From: Nannocystis bainbridge
Lineage (GTDB): Bacteria > Myxococcota_A > Polyangia > Nannocystales > Nannocystaceae
Assembly: GCF_028368995.1 (NCBI RefSeq)
Contig: NZ_JAQNDL010000004.1
Coordinates: 691,882-755,881 of the forward strand
DNA length: 64,000 nt
Reading direction: 5' to 3'
Part shown: positions 1 through 10,178 of the stretch, piece after piece
Position numbering within the stretch: position 1 is the first letter of the stretch
How the letters are laid out: every line of letters begins with the position of its first letter
The notes under the pieces: model-generated
The model's input: the letters and a program-made list of their open reading frames with translations, nothing else
Database searches by the model: none
Told to the model about the DNA's origin: nothing
Program-made: the position numbers and the translations under genes

Positions 1-2
1 AA

Positions 3-1319
3 GGCGTCGACGAGCATCGCTTCGGGGGCGGCCGGCGGCGTGGCGCCTGGGGCCTCCTCGCCGAGCGGCAGCGGGGCCTGCAGCAGGGCCGCGCAGTCGA
101 GCAGGCCGGCGCCGAACCACGCCCGCGGGAACGGGCCGGGATCGAGGGCGTCGCGGGTCGAGCCGGCGAGCGCGCGGCGAAACGCCTGCGGCAGCGCGGC
201 GCCGGGGTAGCGCTGGCGCAGCGCGACGGGGTCGTGCCGGGCCAGCCACAGCGCGGCGGCCGAGGCGACCAGGGCGGTCGCGTAGGAGGTGCCGCTGCTG
301 ATCCGCGTCACGGCGTCGCCGTCGCGCCAGTCGGCGACGAGCATGCGGTGGCCAGGGGCCGTCAGGGCGACGCTCGGGCCCTTCGACGAGTCACTCCATA
401 CCTGTCCTTTAGGACCGGTGGCCGCGACGGCGAGCACCTCGGGATAGGCGGCCGGCCAGACCACGAACTGCACGTGGTTGCCGGCGGCGGCGACGACGAT
501 GACGCCGCGCGCGTGGGCCCGCTCGACCGCGCGGCGCAGGCGAGCGCCAGGCAGGCCGCCGAGGCTGAGCGAGACGACGTGACAGCCGCGCGCGACCGCG
601 TGGTCGATGGCCTGGGCCAGGCGCGCGTGCCAGGTGAGGATGACGACCGAGTCGGTGACGCGGATCGGCACGAGCTCGGCGGCGGGCGCGAGGCCGACGA
701 CGCGGTGCGGCAGCCGTTCGCGGCCGACCATGAGGCTGCTGGTCGCGGTGCCGTGGCCGGGTTGGCCCACTGGCGCGAGCGGATCGATCGGCGGGCTGCC
801 GGGCTCCATCAGGTTCAGGCCCTGGTCGTGCAAGACGGCCGCGCCGGCGAGGCTGGGGTGCTCGGTGGTGCCGCTGTCGGGGTGACCGATCCGCACACCG
901 TGGCCGTGGCCGTGCTGCCAGGCGCGCTCGGCCCCGATCTCGGCCAGATGCCAGCGCGGCGGGGGGTTGATGGAGAGCTCGGTGCCGGGGGCCTCGCGCA
1001 CTTCGGCGGCGATCCGGGCGTCGATCTCGGTCAACGCGTGATCGAGCTCGGCCTCGGCGATAGCGGCGAGCTCGGGGCGAGCGGCCAGCGCTTCGGTCAG
1101 CGCGTGGGCGGCGTTCCAGCCGCGGCGCAGGTCGGTGCCGGCGGGCGCGAGCACCTCGATCAGCCGCCGCGGCTCGCCGGGGTCGGCGGGGCCGCGGACG
1201 CGCCAGCCGCGAGCGGCGAGGCCCGCGGTCTGCACGGCGTGCTCGACGGCGGCGGCGGCGTGGGCGGCGGTGTCGGCGGTGAGCTCGACGACGACGCTGC
1301 GGGTGTTCGGCGGGTTCAT
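3..1319 (-). CDS. S8 (subtilisin-like) serine peptidase, 3' end runs off the window
   Basis: Not in the ORF track; translated by hand from the ATG at 1319 (ATGA overlap with the upstream stop). Triad motifs VRIGHPDSG, GHGTATSS and SGTSYATALVA, plus AAAGN. No obvious signal peptide. Confidence 0.9.
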   Translation of the reverse strand, partial: MNPPNTRSVVVELTADTAAHAAAAVEHAVQTAGLAARGWRVRGPADPGEPRRLIEVLAPAGTDLRRGWNAAHALTEALAARPELAAIAEAELDHALTEIDARIAAEVREAPGTELSINPPPRWHLAEIGAERAWQHGHGHGVRIGHPDSGTTEHPSLAGAAVLHDQGLNLMEPGSPPIDPLAPVGQPGHGTATSSLMVGRERLPHRVVGLAPAAELVPIRVTDSVVILTWHARLAQAIDHAVARGCHVVSLSLGGLPGARLRRAVERAHARGVIVVAAAGNHVQFVVWPAAYPEVLAVAATGPKGQVWSDSSKGPSVALTAPGHRMLVADWRDGDAVTRISSGTSYATALVASAAALWLARHDPVALRQRYPGAALPQAFRRALAGSTRDALDPGPFPRAWFGAGLLDCAALLQAPLPLGEEAPGATPPAAPEAMLVDA

Positions 1320-3352
1320 GCGTCCTCCGGCGCGGGCGTGAACTCGACGAGGTCGACCCATTGTGGGTGATCGATGAACGGGTTGCGGTTGCCCTGCACG
1401 GCGAAGATGGCCTGATTGCGGTGACGCTCGTGGAGGCCGGGCGGATCGTCCGTGGACCAGCGCTTCAGCAGCTCGATCTGGGCCGGCGTGGGCGTGCGGG
1501 AGGGGTCGAGCTCGCTGGCGTAGCGGACCAGGAAATAGAGGGTCGCGCGGGCGACCGGGCCGTGGCCGTCGCCAGGCTCGAAGTACGGGCCCTCGCCCTC
1601 GCCGCAGGGCGGCATCGGGGTGTCGCGGTCGAACTCGTGGTAGGCGCGGTCGGCCCGCAGGGTGTTGCAGGGCGGGTCGCAGGCGAAAAGATGGTGGAGG
1701 TCGCCGCGCATCGGCTCGCGCTTGCCGAACCAGCTCTGCGGGACCACGTGCTCGCAGTTGTAGGGCAGCTCGGCCTCGACGGCGGCGTCGATGTCGGCGA
1801 GCGAGAGGGAGGTGCGGCGCGCCCGCAACTCCGATCGGCGGGCCCGGCGGGCGGCGTCGATGCGGGCGTCGTCGGCGATCAGGGCCTCGGGCGAGAAGGT
1901 CGCGCCGGAGTAGATCGAGGCCAGGCGGAGGTCGGGGCGGAGGTCGACCCAGGGGTAGAGCTGGTGGCTCGGATTGTATTTCGGCGCCTCGGCGTGGGTG
2001 GTCGTGAGCAGGGCCGAGAGCGATTCGTGGCAGATGTCGTGGAGGATGTCGGCGTAATAGCTCGCGCGATCGCTGGCGTCCTGGGCGGCGTCGTAATACG
2101 GGCGAGCGCGGGCGGCGGCGACGAGGCGGTGCAGGTCGGCGGCAATGGGGGCAGGCTGCTCGACCGCAGCAATGGTGGCACCCGCCGCGGTGCCGAGCCG
2201 CACGGTGATCTCGATCGGCACGGTGATGCGCAGGGTCTGGCCCGGAACGGCGACTGTGGTGATTGACGGCGCCGGGGCGATCGGCGGCGCCTGCTCGAGG
2301 TCGTTCCAGGCGGCGCTCCATTCGCCCGGCAATTCGCGGGGCGCGGCGGCGCCGGCGAACCGGACCCCGGCGTCGACGATCCGCGGATCCCAGGCGAGCT
2401 CGGCGGCGGGGACGGCGAAGTTGCGGTCGAGGTAGACGCCGCCGAAATGCAGCCCGAGCACGCGGCCGGTGGCGACGTCGAGGATCGCGGCGCCGGAGCA
2501 GCCGCCGAGGGTCGAGGAGTCGTGCAGCGCGGCCGAGACGGTGCGGCCGAAGCTGGCGACGCGGCGGCGGCCGCCGAAGTAACCGGGGGCGAGGCGTTTG
2601 AGGTTGTAGCGGCCGCGGAACACGCGTTGCTGGATCGTCAGGTCGTTGCGCAGATCGAGGCCGGGATAACCGATCACTGCGACGCGCCGACGGGCGGCAG
2701 GATCGTCGACGGCGAGCGCGAGCGGGGTGACCTGCAGGCCGTCGACGCGCAGCAAGGCCAGGTCCCAGTAGGGGTGGATCAGGACGACCTCGGACACTGC
2801 GTAGGTGGGGCCGTCGGGCTCGTCCTGCTGCTCGCGGCGCGGATCGAAGCCGGCGGTCTGGCCGGGGAGGAAGCGCAGGTGGGTGCGCCCGAGGCCGCCG
2901 GCGAACAGCTGGGCGACGTGGCGATTGGTCATGATGAGGCCGTCGCCGACGACGAAGCCGGTGCCGCCGTAGGGCAGCGAGAGGTTGTCCGGCAGCTCGA
3001 TGCGGCCGATCGCCGGCAGGCAGGCTTCGATGCGCGCGCGGAGGTCGGCGTCGGCGTGGAGGTCGAAGAACTCGCCGGGCGGCAGACCGAGCAGCTTGCC
3101 GTCAGCGATGTCGGCGACGGGCCGCTCCCTGGGCAGGATGATCGCCTCGAGGCACTCGAGGTCGCCCGGCGCGAGCGGGGCGCGATCGATCCACTTGCGG
3201 GCGGTGCTGCGGACCTGATCGGTCTGGCGCGCGTCGAGGCCGAACCACTGGGCGGCGCCGGCGACGATGGGCTCGACGGAGGCGCTGGATTCGAGGTGGG
3301 ACGGTGGCAGGATGGAGTCCGCGTAGGCGCGGACGCGGGCGGGCGAGGCCAT
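1316..3352 (-). CDS. Trypsin-like (V8-type) serine protease fused to C-terminal endonuclease I domain
   Basis: Protease motifs GTGFVVG, MTNRHVA, WDLALL and STLGGCSGA. Endonuclease I motifs NCEHVVPQSWF, DLHHLF..CN..R, GPVARATLYF..RY and QGNRNPFIDHP. Start trimmed to MASPARV. Confidence 0.9.
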   Translation of the reverse strand: MASPARVRAYADSILPPSHLESSASVEPIVAGAAQWFGLDARQTDQVRSTARKWIDRAPLAPGDLECLEAIILPRERPVADIADGKLLGLPPGEFFDLHADADLRARIEACLPAIGRIELPDNLSLPYGGTGFVVGDGLIMTNRHVAQLFAGGLGRTHLRFLPGQTAGFDPRREQQDEPDGPTYAVSEVVLIHPYWDLALLRVDGLQVTPLALAVDDPAARRRVAVIGYPGLDLRNDLTIQQRVFRGRYNLKRLAPGYFGGRRRVASFGRTVSAALHDSSTLGGCSGAAILDVATGRVLGLHFGGVYLDRNFAVPAAELAWDPRIVDAGVRFAGAAAPRELPGEWSAAWNDLEQAPPIAPAPSITTVAVPGQTLRITVPIEITVRLGTAAGATIAAVEQPAPIAADLHRLVAAARARPYYDAAQDASDRASYYADILHDICHESLSALLTTTHAEAPKYNPSHQLYPWVDLRPDLRLASIYSGATFSPEALIADDARIDAARRARRSELRARRTSLSLADIDAAVEAELPYNCEHVVPQSWFGKREPMRGDLHHLFACDPPCNTLRADRAYHEFDRDTPMPPCGEGEGPYFEPGDGHGPVARATLYFLVRYASELDPSRTPTPAQIELLKRWSTDDPPGLHERHRNQAIFAVQGNRNPFIDHPQWVDLVEFTPAPEDA

Positions 3353-3729
3353 GGAGACGAACAGCAAAGCACGCGCGGACGGGCGAGAAAAGCCGGACGG
3401 CGCGGGGAAAGACGGGGTGCGCCGATCTGGCGAAATCGCGGACGATGAGCATTGCCCGGCGGTTGAACCGTGTTCGTCGGCGGCGCGGATGGAGGCCCGC
3501 GCGCGCGCCGGAGCGGCGGGCAGGCGTTCGCGGGGTGTGCGTTTTCCGGGGCACGCGACCAGGGACGGAAAGGCCGCCGACGAACACGTCGATGTCCATG
3601 CGCCATCCTGGGCGAGTGTCGCGCGCCGGCATCGCGCATGACTTCGAATCGAAGCACGCGCGAACGCGCCGCGCCGATCCTGCGTTCCCAGCCGGGCCTG
3701 TGGGCATTGCGCCGAGCCGGCGCCTGGGC

Positions 3730-5100
3730 TCAATCGACCTGCGGAATGCAGGGACAGTCGTCCCAGTCGCCGACGCACAGCTGCTCCGGCGGGGCGTTCA
3801 ATTGTTGTTGCACCCATCCGTCGACCTGCGCGGGCGTCACCTGGGTGTCGATGAATTGCAGCGACTTGACGAGCTCCTGCACGCTGCCGAGGCCGTCGAG
3901 CGAGGTGAGGCCGGGGCTGTTGGTGACGACGAGGAACCGCGCGCTGGTCAGCGCGTCGAGGCCGGCCAGGCTGGTGAGGCCGTCCATGCGAAAGCCGGTC
4001 TGCGAGCAGTCGCCGATGGCGAGGTTCACGTCGACGAGCTTCAGCTGCTCGAGGCCGTGGAGGTCGGTGACCTGCGGCAGGCCCGAGACCTGCAACGTGT
4101 GGACTTGCTCGAGGGCGGCCAGCTGCGCCAGATCGGGGACCTGGGGCAGGTCGCGCAGCGACAGCAGGCCGGCGGCGGCGATCGTCTCGAGGCCGGCGAG
4201 CGACGCGAGCTCGGGCAACGAGCGCAGCCGCAGCGTCATGTCGGGGCCAGCCTGGGCGAACAGGGCGGCGCTGGGCGACAGATCGGCGAGCGTCGCGTTG
4301 TCGGCGAGCAGCACTTCGAGCGCGGTGATGCCGGAGTACTTCAGCGTGGCGAGCGCGTCGACGTCGACGAGGGCAGGGTTGCCGACCACGTGGAGCTCCT
4401 CGATGCCCTCGTAGTCGGGCGCGAACGTCGGCAGGCTGGTGATCCCGGTGGCGAAGATGTCGAGCGTGACCAGCCGCTTCAGGTTGGCCAGCGCGGACAT
4501 GTCGGTGAGCGCCGGCGTGTCCTCGATGCGCAGGCTGAACAGGTCCTCCACGCAGGCGAGCGGCGAGAGGTCGGTCAACACGGCGTTGCTGTCGAGCTGC
4601 AGCGCGCTGGCGGTGACGAGGTTGGCGAAGCCCGCGAGCTGCGCAACGGTGAGGTCGCCGGTGATGTGGATCGATCCGGTCACGCGCGTGACGCAGGCCA
4701 TGAACTCGGTCGAGTCGCCGGGCCCGATCTCCACGTTGCCCTCGAACTCGAGCGCCTCGGGGCACGGCGGTCCGCAGTCGACGGCGGACTCGCCGGTGGT
4801 GGTGGTGTCGCCGGTGGTCGAATCGCTGGTGGTGGTGTCGCCGGTGGTCGAGCTCGTGAGGGTCGTCGTGCCGTCGCTCGTGTCCGTGGTGGTCGAGGCG
4901 GCGCTCGTGGTCGGTCCCGGCGGGTCGCCGGTGGTGCTGTCCGTGCTCGTCGACGACGGCGGCCCGTCATCGGTGGTCGGCGAGGTGTCCGAGGTCGTCC
5001 CGGGCCCGCTGACGCTCTCGCCGTCGGTCTCCGTGTCGGCGGGCTTGGGAGCGCAGGCGAGAGTCACGATGCACGCGAGCCACGAATGAGCACGAGCCAT
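3730..5100 (-). CDS. Leucine-rich/receptor-L-domain-like repeat lipoprotein
   Basis: Lipobox-like VTLAC, Thr/Ser-rich linker, repeated L.SL.GL..L units. Confidence 0.75.
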   Translation of the reverse strand: MARAHSWLACIVTLACAPKPADTETDGESVSGPGTTSDTSPTTDDGPPSSTSTDSTTGDPPGPTTSAASTTTDTSDGTTTLTSSTTGDTTTSDSTTGDTTTTGESAVDCGPPCPEALEFEGNVEIGPGDSTEFMACVTRVTGSIHITGDLTVAQLAGFANLVTASALQLDSNAVLTDLSPLACVEDLFSLRIEDTPALTDMSALANLKRLVTLDIFATGITSLPTFAPDYEGIEELHVVGNPALVDVDALATLKYSGITALEVLLADNATLADLSPSAALFAQAGPDMTLRLRSLPELASLAGLETIAAAGLLSLRDLPQVPDLAQLAALEQVHTLQVSGLPQVTDLHGLEQLKLVDVNLAIGDCSQTGFRMDGLTSLAGLDALTSARFLVVTNSPGLTSLDGLGSVQELVKSLQFIDTQVTPAQVDGWVQQQLNAPPEQLCVGDWDDCPCIPQVD

Positions 5101-5409
5101 CCGCGCAGCGTACATGCGCGTGGCGATCCGGCTCAAGGCGCGGACGAGCCCTCGCGTGGCGAGGAGATCGCCGTGGCTGCAGCGCGCGGCGACGCGGCCG
5201 GAGCTGCGCGATGTTCGGGCCTCGCAGGCCGAGGGACTCGGCGGCGCGAAGAGGCAGCGCGCACGCTCGCGGACGCGACGGACGGGTCAGCGCATGAACC
5301 CGGTGTCGGGAGACACGGGCCGACGGTCGGGGGCGCAGGTGGCCACCGGGCTTCGACGCAGGGCGAGCGGCCGGCGCCGAAGGGCGAGCGAGATCCGCCC
5401 GCGGCCCGC

Positions 5410-7767
5410 TCAGCCGATGGCCTTGCAGGCCGGGCCGAGGCTGGCGGTGTTGTTGTCGGTGCGGCACTCGTGCCACGGGTGCTCGGGCATGCCGTCGTCG
5501 ACCACGAGCACGAGCGGCTTGCTGCCATCGATGAAGCTCGGCGGCAGCTCGGGCAGCTCGAGCAGCAGCTCCTGGGCCTCGGCGGGGTAGAGCACCTTGG
5601 TGGTGACGAGGGTGCCGAGCAGGGTGCCGCCCTGGTTCGGGTCGCCCTCGTAGAAGCCGACGGGCACGCCGGCGGGCACGGCGGCCTGGCCGAGGTTGCG
5701 CACGCGGGCGAACGCCTTGAAGCCGTCGAAGCACTGGGTGTGGCCGCTGACGACCAGGTCGGGCGCGGCGAACTCGCCCTCGGGCTGGACGTTCTGGCGG
5801 AAGTTGTTGAGGCCGGGCGTGGTCCAGTTGGTCGCCTCGACGGCGGGGATGGTGCCGTCCTCGGCGACGTTGGTGACGTGGTAGGCGTGCTGGTTCCAGA
5901 TCCGGCGCGTGCGCACCCACTGGTTGTTGGCGTCGCCGAAGATCCGCACGCCGCGGGTCTTCATCTGCTCTTTGGGACAGGTGAGGCTCGAGTAGTCGTT
6001 CGAGGTGACGACGATGTCGGCCTGGCCGTCGTTGTCGACGTCGGCGACCAGCGGGTACTCGTGGAGCGTGCCGGAGGTGTTGCAGATCTCGGTCAGGACC
6101 TCGCCGGTGGCGCCGTCGTAGATCCGCATGTACTGCTCGTCGGCGTAGACGACCTCGGCCGAGCCGGAGCCGTCGAAGTCGAACACCGAGCTGCCGGTGA
6201 ACGCCGACGAGCAGTCCTGCGTCTGCTTGATCCACAGGAAGGTGTCGGCCGCCGCGACGGCGGGGTCGAGCAGCTTCTTGCCGTCGAACACGGCGTAGCC
6301 GATGCCGCCGGCGACGCCGATGTCGGGGGTGCCGTCGCCGTTGAAGTCGGCGATGGTCGGCGGGCCGCCGCCGCCGATGTTGCCGGCGCTGTCGGGCGGG
6401 CACAGGTCGGGCGACAGCGGGCCGTTGATGTCGAGGTCCTGGCGGACGACGACGAACAGGCCGGGGGCGTTGGGGTCGTAGCGCCAGATGTTGAGGTCGT
6501 GGGTGCCGGTGCCGTGGGCGTTGTCGATGCCGACGATCTCGGGCACGCCGTCGAGGTCGAAGTCGGCGACGGCGGGGAAGGTGCCGCCGAGGCCGGTGTC
6601 GACGAGCACGGTGCCGTCGATCTCGAGGACCCGGGTGGGGGTGACGATCTCGAGCTGGCCGTCGCCGTCGACGTCGGCGGCGATCGCCTTCTTGTTCCAC
6701 CAGCTGCTGGTGATGGCGTCGATGGTGAGCTCGAGCGCGCCGGTCTTGCCGTCGAGCACGCTCGACTCGGTGAGGATCTCGACGTTGCCGTCGCCGTCGA
6801 AGTCGGCCAGCGAGATGTGGTCGCAGCCGACGACCTCGGCGGTGATCCACAGCTCGGCGCCGGCGGCGGTGTAGGCCCGCACCTTGCCCTCGGCGGTGCA
6901 GGCGACGACCTCGTTGCCGGCGACGCCGTCGATGTTGCCGGCGGCGAGCGAGCGCCCGCCGAACAGGGTGTCGACGGCCGGCTTCTGCGTCCACTTGGTG
7001 ACCAGCGCGCCGTTGACGATCGAGATCGCGTGCAGGGTGCCGTCGGAGCTGTAGTTGCCGTCGTCGAACGACATGAACACGATCTCGGGGATGTCGCGCT
7101 CGTCGACCTCGCCGTTGCAGTCGTCGTCGTCGAGCTGGATGACGATCGGCGGCATCATCACGCTGGCGTCGGTCCACGCGTACTTGAGCACCGGCTCGAA
7201 GCTGGTCTGCGGCTTGAACTCGCAGCGGGGCAGGCAGTCGATGTCGTCGCCCTCGGGCACGACGCCGGGGTCGCACTCCGGCGGCTCGGGCAGGCACTTG
7301 CCGGTGGCCGGCACGAACCCGCCGCCGCACTGGTCGCCGCCCATGCTGCCGGGCTCGCCGAGGGTGTATTCACAATAGTTGCCCTCGGGGCATTCGGCGG
7401 CGTCGACGCATTCGGCGCCGGGGACCACGCATTGCTGGAACGAGCACACCTGGTCCGATTGACAGCAGACCTCGCCGCACGCGAGGTCGGCGGCGCAGCA
7501 GACGTCGCCGACGCAGGCGCCGTCGGGGCAGCTCTCGAGGTCGCAGGCGGCGCCGGTGGTGCCGTCGCTGTCGGTGAGGCCGCCGCTGCCCTCGGTCGGG
7601 ACGACGTCGGTGGTGGCGTCGGTGGTGGCGCCGGTCAGGCCGTCGGTGACGGTGATCGAGGTGCCGGGGGTCGTCGGCGTCGCGGTGTCTTCGGCCGGGC
7701 GACCGTTGTCGCCGCAGGCGGCGACGATGGCGACGAGGAGGTTGGGGGCCAAGATCGCGCGACGCAT
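5410..7767 (-). CDS. FG-GAP/VCBS-repeat beta-propeller lipoprotein with C-terminal CARDB-like Ig domain (intact paralog of the split gene)
   Basis: IVAAC lipobox, Cys-rich segment, repeated ADFDGDG..EI motifs, WNQHAYHVTN, then PDLVV..ARVRNLG. Confidence 0.85.
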   Translation of the reverse strand: MRRAILAPNLLVAIVAACGDNGRPAEDTATPTTPGTSITVTDGLTGATTDATTDVVPTEGSGGLTDSDGTTGAACDLESCPDGACVGDVCCAADLACGEVCCQSDQVCSFQQCVVPGAECVDAAECPEGNYCEYTLGEPGSMGGDQCGGGFVPATGKCLPEPPECDPGVVPEGDDIDCLPRCEFKPQTSFEPVLKYAWTDASVMMPPIVIQLDDDDCNGEVDERDIPEIVFMSFDDGNYSSDGTLHAISIVNGALVTKWTQKPAVDTLFGGRSLAAGNIDGVAGNEVVACTAEGKVRAYTAAGAELWITAEVVGCDHISLADFDGDGNVEILTESSVLDGKTGALELTIDAITSSWWNKKAIAADVDGDGQLEIVTPTRVLEIDGTVLVDTGLGGTFPAVADFDLDGVPEIVGIDNAHGTGTHDLNIWRYDPNAPGLFVVVRQDLDINGPLSPDLCPPDSAGNIGGGGPPTIADFNGDGTPDIGVAGGIGYAVFDGKKLLDPAVAAADTFLWIKQTQDCSSAFTGSSVFDFDGSGSAEVVYADEQYMRIYDGATGEVLTEICNTSGTLHEYPLVADVDNDGQADIVVTSNDYSSLTCPKEQMKTRGVRIFGDANNQWVRTRRIWNQHAYHVTNVAEDGTIPAVEATNWTTPGLNNFRQNVQPEGEFAAPDLVVSGHTQCFDGFKAFARVRNLGQAAVPAGVPVGFYEGDPNQGGTLLGTLVTTKVLYPAEAQELLLELPELPPSFIDGSKPLVLVVDDGMPEHPWHECRTDNNTASLGPACKAIG

Positions 7768-8035
7768 TGCGAGGATGGGACCACGTGGACCCCGACGATG
7801 ACAAGTCGGCGCATGCGGATCGGCGGCGGCGATGCGTCCGCGTGGTCTGCGATGCCGCTCGCCGGACCGCCGGCGCCCGGCGTCGCGGTGAATTCGCGGA
7901 TTCACACGAGGGCCGCCCGGCCGGCGCGCGGCCGCCCGCGGGTGCGCGTTCGCCCGCGGCGCGCAATCGGCTTCATCGCGCGGGCCCCGAAACCCGCGCG
8001 GAATGGGGGCACTCGGCGGACGAGGCGGCGGCGAA

Positions 8036-9139
8036 TCAGGTCACGACGTTCGGCGGTTCGCTCGCCAGCGTCAGCGGCGGGGCGGCCATCGCCGCGCGCG
8101 CGACCGGCCGCGCCGGGGTCGGGGCGGCCCGCCAGCGCTCCACGGCGGCGTCGAGGATGCCGCCGATGAGCGCGTCGTAGCTCCAGCCGTGACCGGCGGC
8201 GAGGTTGGCGAGGTCGCTGAAGCCGGGGCGCAGGCCCGGCAGCGGGTTGATCTCGATGAACTGGACCTCGCCGTGGCGATCGCAGCGCAGGTCGACGCGC
8301 GAGATGTCGCGGCACTCGAAGGCGCGGTGGGCTCCGAGCGCGAGCTCGTGGATCTGGCCGAGGCGCGCGGGGCTGAGGGCGCCGTGACGCAGCAATTCGT
8401 CGGTCATGGGATAGCGGACCTCGGCCGAATAGTCGCGCTTGTACTCGAGCGAATAGACGAACTCGTCGAGCGGACCGGCGGGCACGATCTGCATGACGCC
8501 GAGGACGCGCGCGCCGTCGCCGTTGCCGATCACGCCGACGGTGTACTCCTCGCCGGGCAGGAACTCCTCGACGAGCACGGGCTGGCGGTAGGCGGCGTGG
8601 AGCGAGCGGACGAGGGCGTGCAATTGCTCGGGGTCGGTGCAGCGGGAGCGGCTGCGGATGCCCATCGAGGAGCCCTCGCCGACCGGCTTGAGGAACAGCG
8701 GATACTGCAGACCGTGATCGTCGCAGGTCTCGCCGGGCGGGACCAGGCGGAACGGCGGGGTGGGCAGGCCGTGGTCGCGGGCGACGAGCTTGGCGACCCG
8801 CTTGTCGAGGGTGAGGGTGAGCGCGGGGGCGTCGCTGGCGGTGAACGGGACGCCGAGCATTTCGAGCAGCGCGGGAACCTGCGATTCGCGGCCGCGGCCG
8901 CCGAAGCCCTCGGCGAGGTTGAACACGCCGTCGAGGCGCTCGGCCAGGCCGCCGCGCACGAGGCCGTCGAGCAGCGCCCGCCCGCCGCCGAGCCGCACGA
9001 CATCGTGGCCGCGACGGCGCAGGACCTGCTCGATGGCGACAATGGTGTCGATCGCCTCGAGCTCCTCATATAGGTCGATCGGCTCCGACGCGCTCGGGAC
9101 TTCCATCGGTTTGAGGTCGTAGGTGATTCCGATCCGCAT
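8036..9139 (-). CDS. D-alanine--D-alanine ligase-like ATP-grasp protein
   Basis: Motifs VFNLAEG, LTLDKRVAK, FLKPVGEGSSMGI, VEEFLPGEEY, SRVDLR and FIEINPLPG. Confidence 0.85.
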   Translation of the reverse strand: MRIGITYDLKPMEVPSASEPIDLYEELEAIDTIVAIEQVLRRRGHDVVRLGGGRALLDGLVRGGLAERLDGVFNLAEGFGGRGRESQVPALLEMLGVPFTASDAPALTLTLDKRVAKLVARDHGLPTPPFRLVPPGETCDDHGLQYPLFLKPVGEGSSMGIRSRSRCTDPEQLHALVRSLHAAYRQPVLVEEFLPGEEYTVGVIGNGDGARVLGVMQIVPAGPLDEFVYSLEYKRDYSAEVRYPMTDELLRHGALSPARLGQIHELALGAHRAFECRDISRVDLRCDRHGEVQFIEINPLPGLRPGFSDLANLAAGHGWSYDALIGGILDAAVERWRAAPTPARPVARAAMAAPPLTLASEPPNVVT

Positions 9140-9950
9140 CGCCGGGCGCGACCAGTAGCACGGGCCGCGAACGGGCACGAGGCGTTTCACAGCGGGACGC
9201 CACCCCGGAAAATTCCCTGAGCGGGGTGAGCGCCCGCGAGACGCCGCGGCGGGCCGGGTCGGTCGATGTCGGCGCCGGCCTCGATGCCGCGTCGCCTCGT
9301 CGAGGTTGCGATGGAGCGGCGCTGCATGGGAGAGGCTGCGGCGGGTCGCGGACGGCTCCGCCGACCTCGATCTCGTCATCCGGGGCGGCGATCGGGGCGG
9401 GCCATTGCAGGGTGACCGCAAGCACCGCGGCGTGGGAGCAGGTGCGCGAGGTGATGCTCGCGACCGGCGCAAGAAATTGGCGCATTCGCATGGGCTCGCG
9501 ACTCGGGCCTGGCGCGGGCGGCGAGATCGCGGTCGCGGGTGAGGGCGTCCTCGACGGGCCGCGGCGGAGGCGGCATCGGTGCGCGGCCGAGAGCCGCGGG
9601 ACTCGATCGCCCGAGCTTGACGGCGTTCGGTTTTGCGATTGGGGGCGCGGGGGCCCCGGAGGGCGCGCAGGCGCATAAAGCATGATTCGCGCCAAACGCC
9701 CGCGGCGCCCGGTTTCGAGCGGATCTGCGGGCCTGGGGGCGGAGACGAGATTTGACGCGATTGATGGGAGATGGTAAATGAGGTGATGTCGGCGGGGCGC
9801 TGCGACAGGTTCGCAGCAATGCCTCCGCCGTTCGTCTTTGGGTCGACGCGAGGGCCGCCGGGCGGGTCGGGGCCTGCTGGCCGCAAGTCGCTTGTGGACG
9901 GTCCCGTGTGCGGCGTATCGTAACTGCAGTTCGCGCAATCGCTGGTGCGG

Positions 9951-10112
9951 ATGGCCAACGGGATGGAGATGGTCGGGGCGATCGGCGCTTCGATGCTGAT
10001 CCCCGGCATCGTGCTCGCGGCGTTCGGCGGCCACGCGCTGCGCAAGGCCCGGGCCTCGCGCTTCAGCGCCTCGTTCGGGCCGCGCTCGGTGGGCCTGGCG
10101 CTGCGCTTCTGA
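9951..10112 (+). pseudogene. Short ORF or C-terminal remnant of a myxobacterial TM/beta-strand-tail protein
   Basis: MANGMEMVGAIGASMLIPGIVLAAFGG...GLALRF*. Same hydrophobic segment plus terminal-Phe tail style as 45306-46220; an in-frame stop lies just upstream. Confidence 0.4.
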
Positions 10113-10178
10113 GGCGCGGTCCGTGGCGTGACAGGTGGTCGCAGCGCCCGGCGGGGACGGTTCGGCTAGGCTCCGGGC

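Noticed and set aside
3304-8169. Very long ORFs such as 3304-8169(+), 13552-17541(-), 53558-58030(+) and those across 50-51.7 kb
   Set aside because: Antisense or off-frame shadows typical of high-GC DNA; they overlap well-supported genes or repeats and are Arg/Ala/Gly-rich without motifs.
7886-9496. Similar motifs GAATTCGCGGATTCACACG (~7890) and GAAATTGGCGCATTCGCATG (~9474) upstream of two minus-strand genes
   Set aside because: Similarity is too weak, with only two instances.
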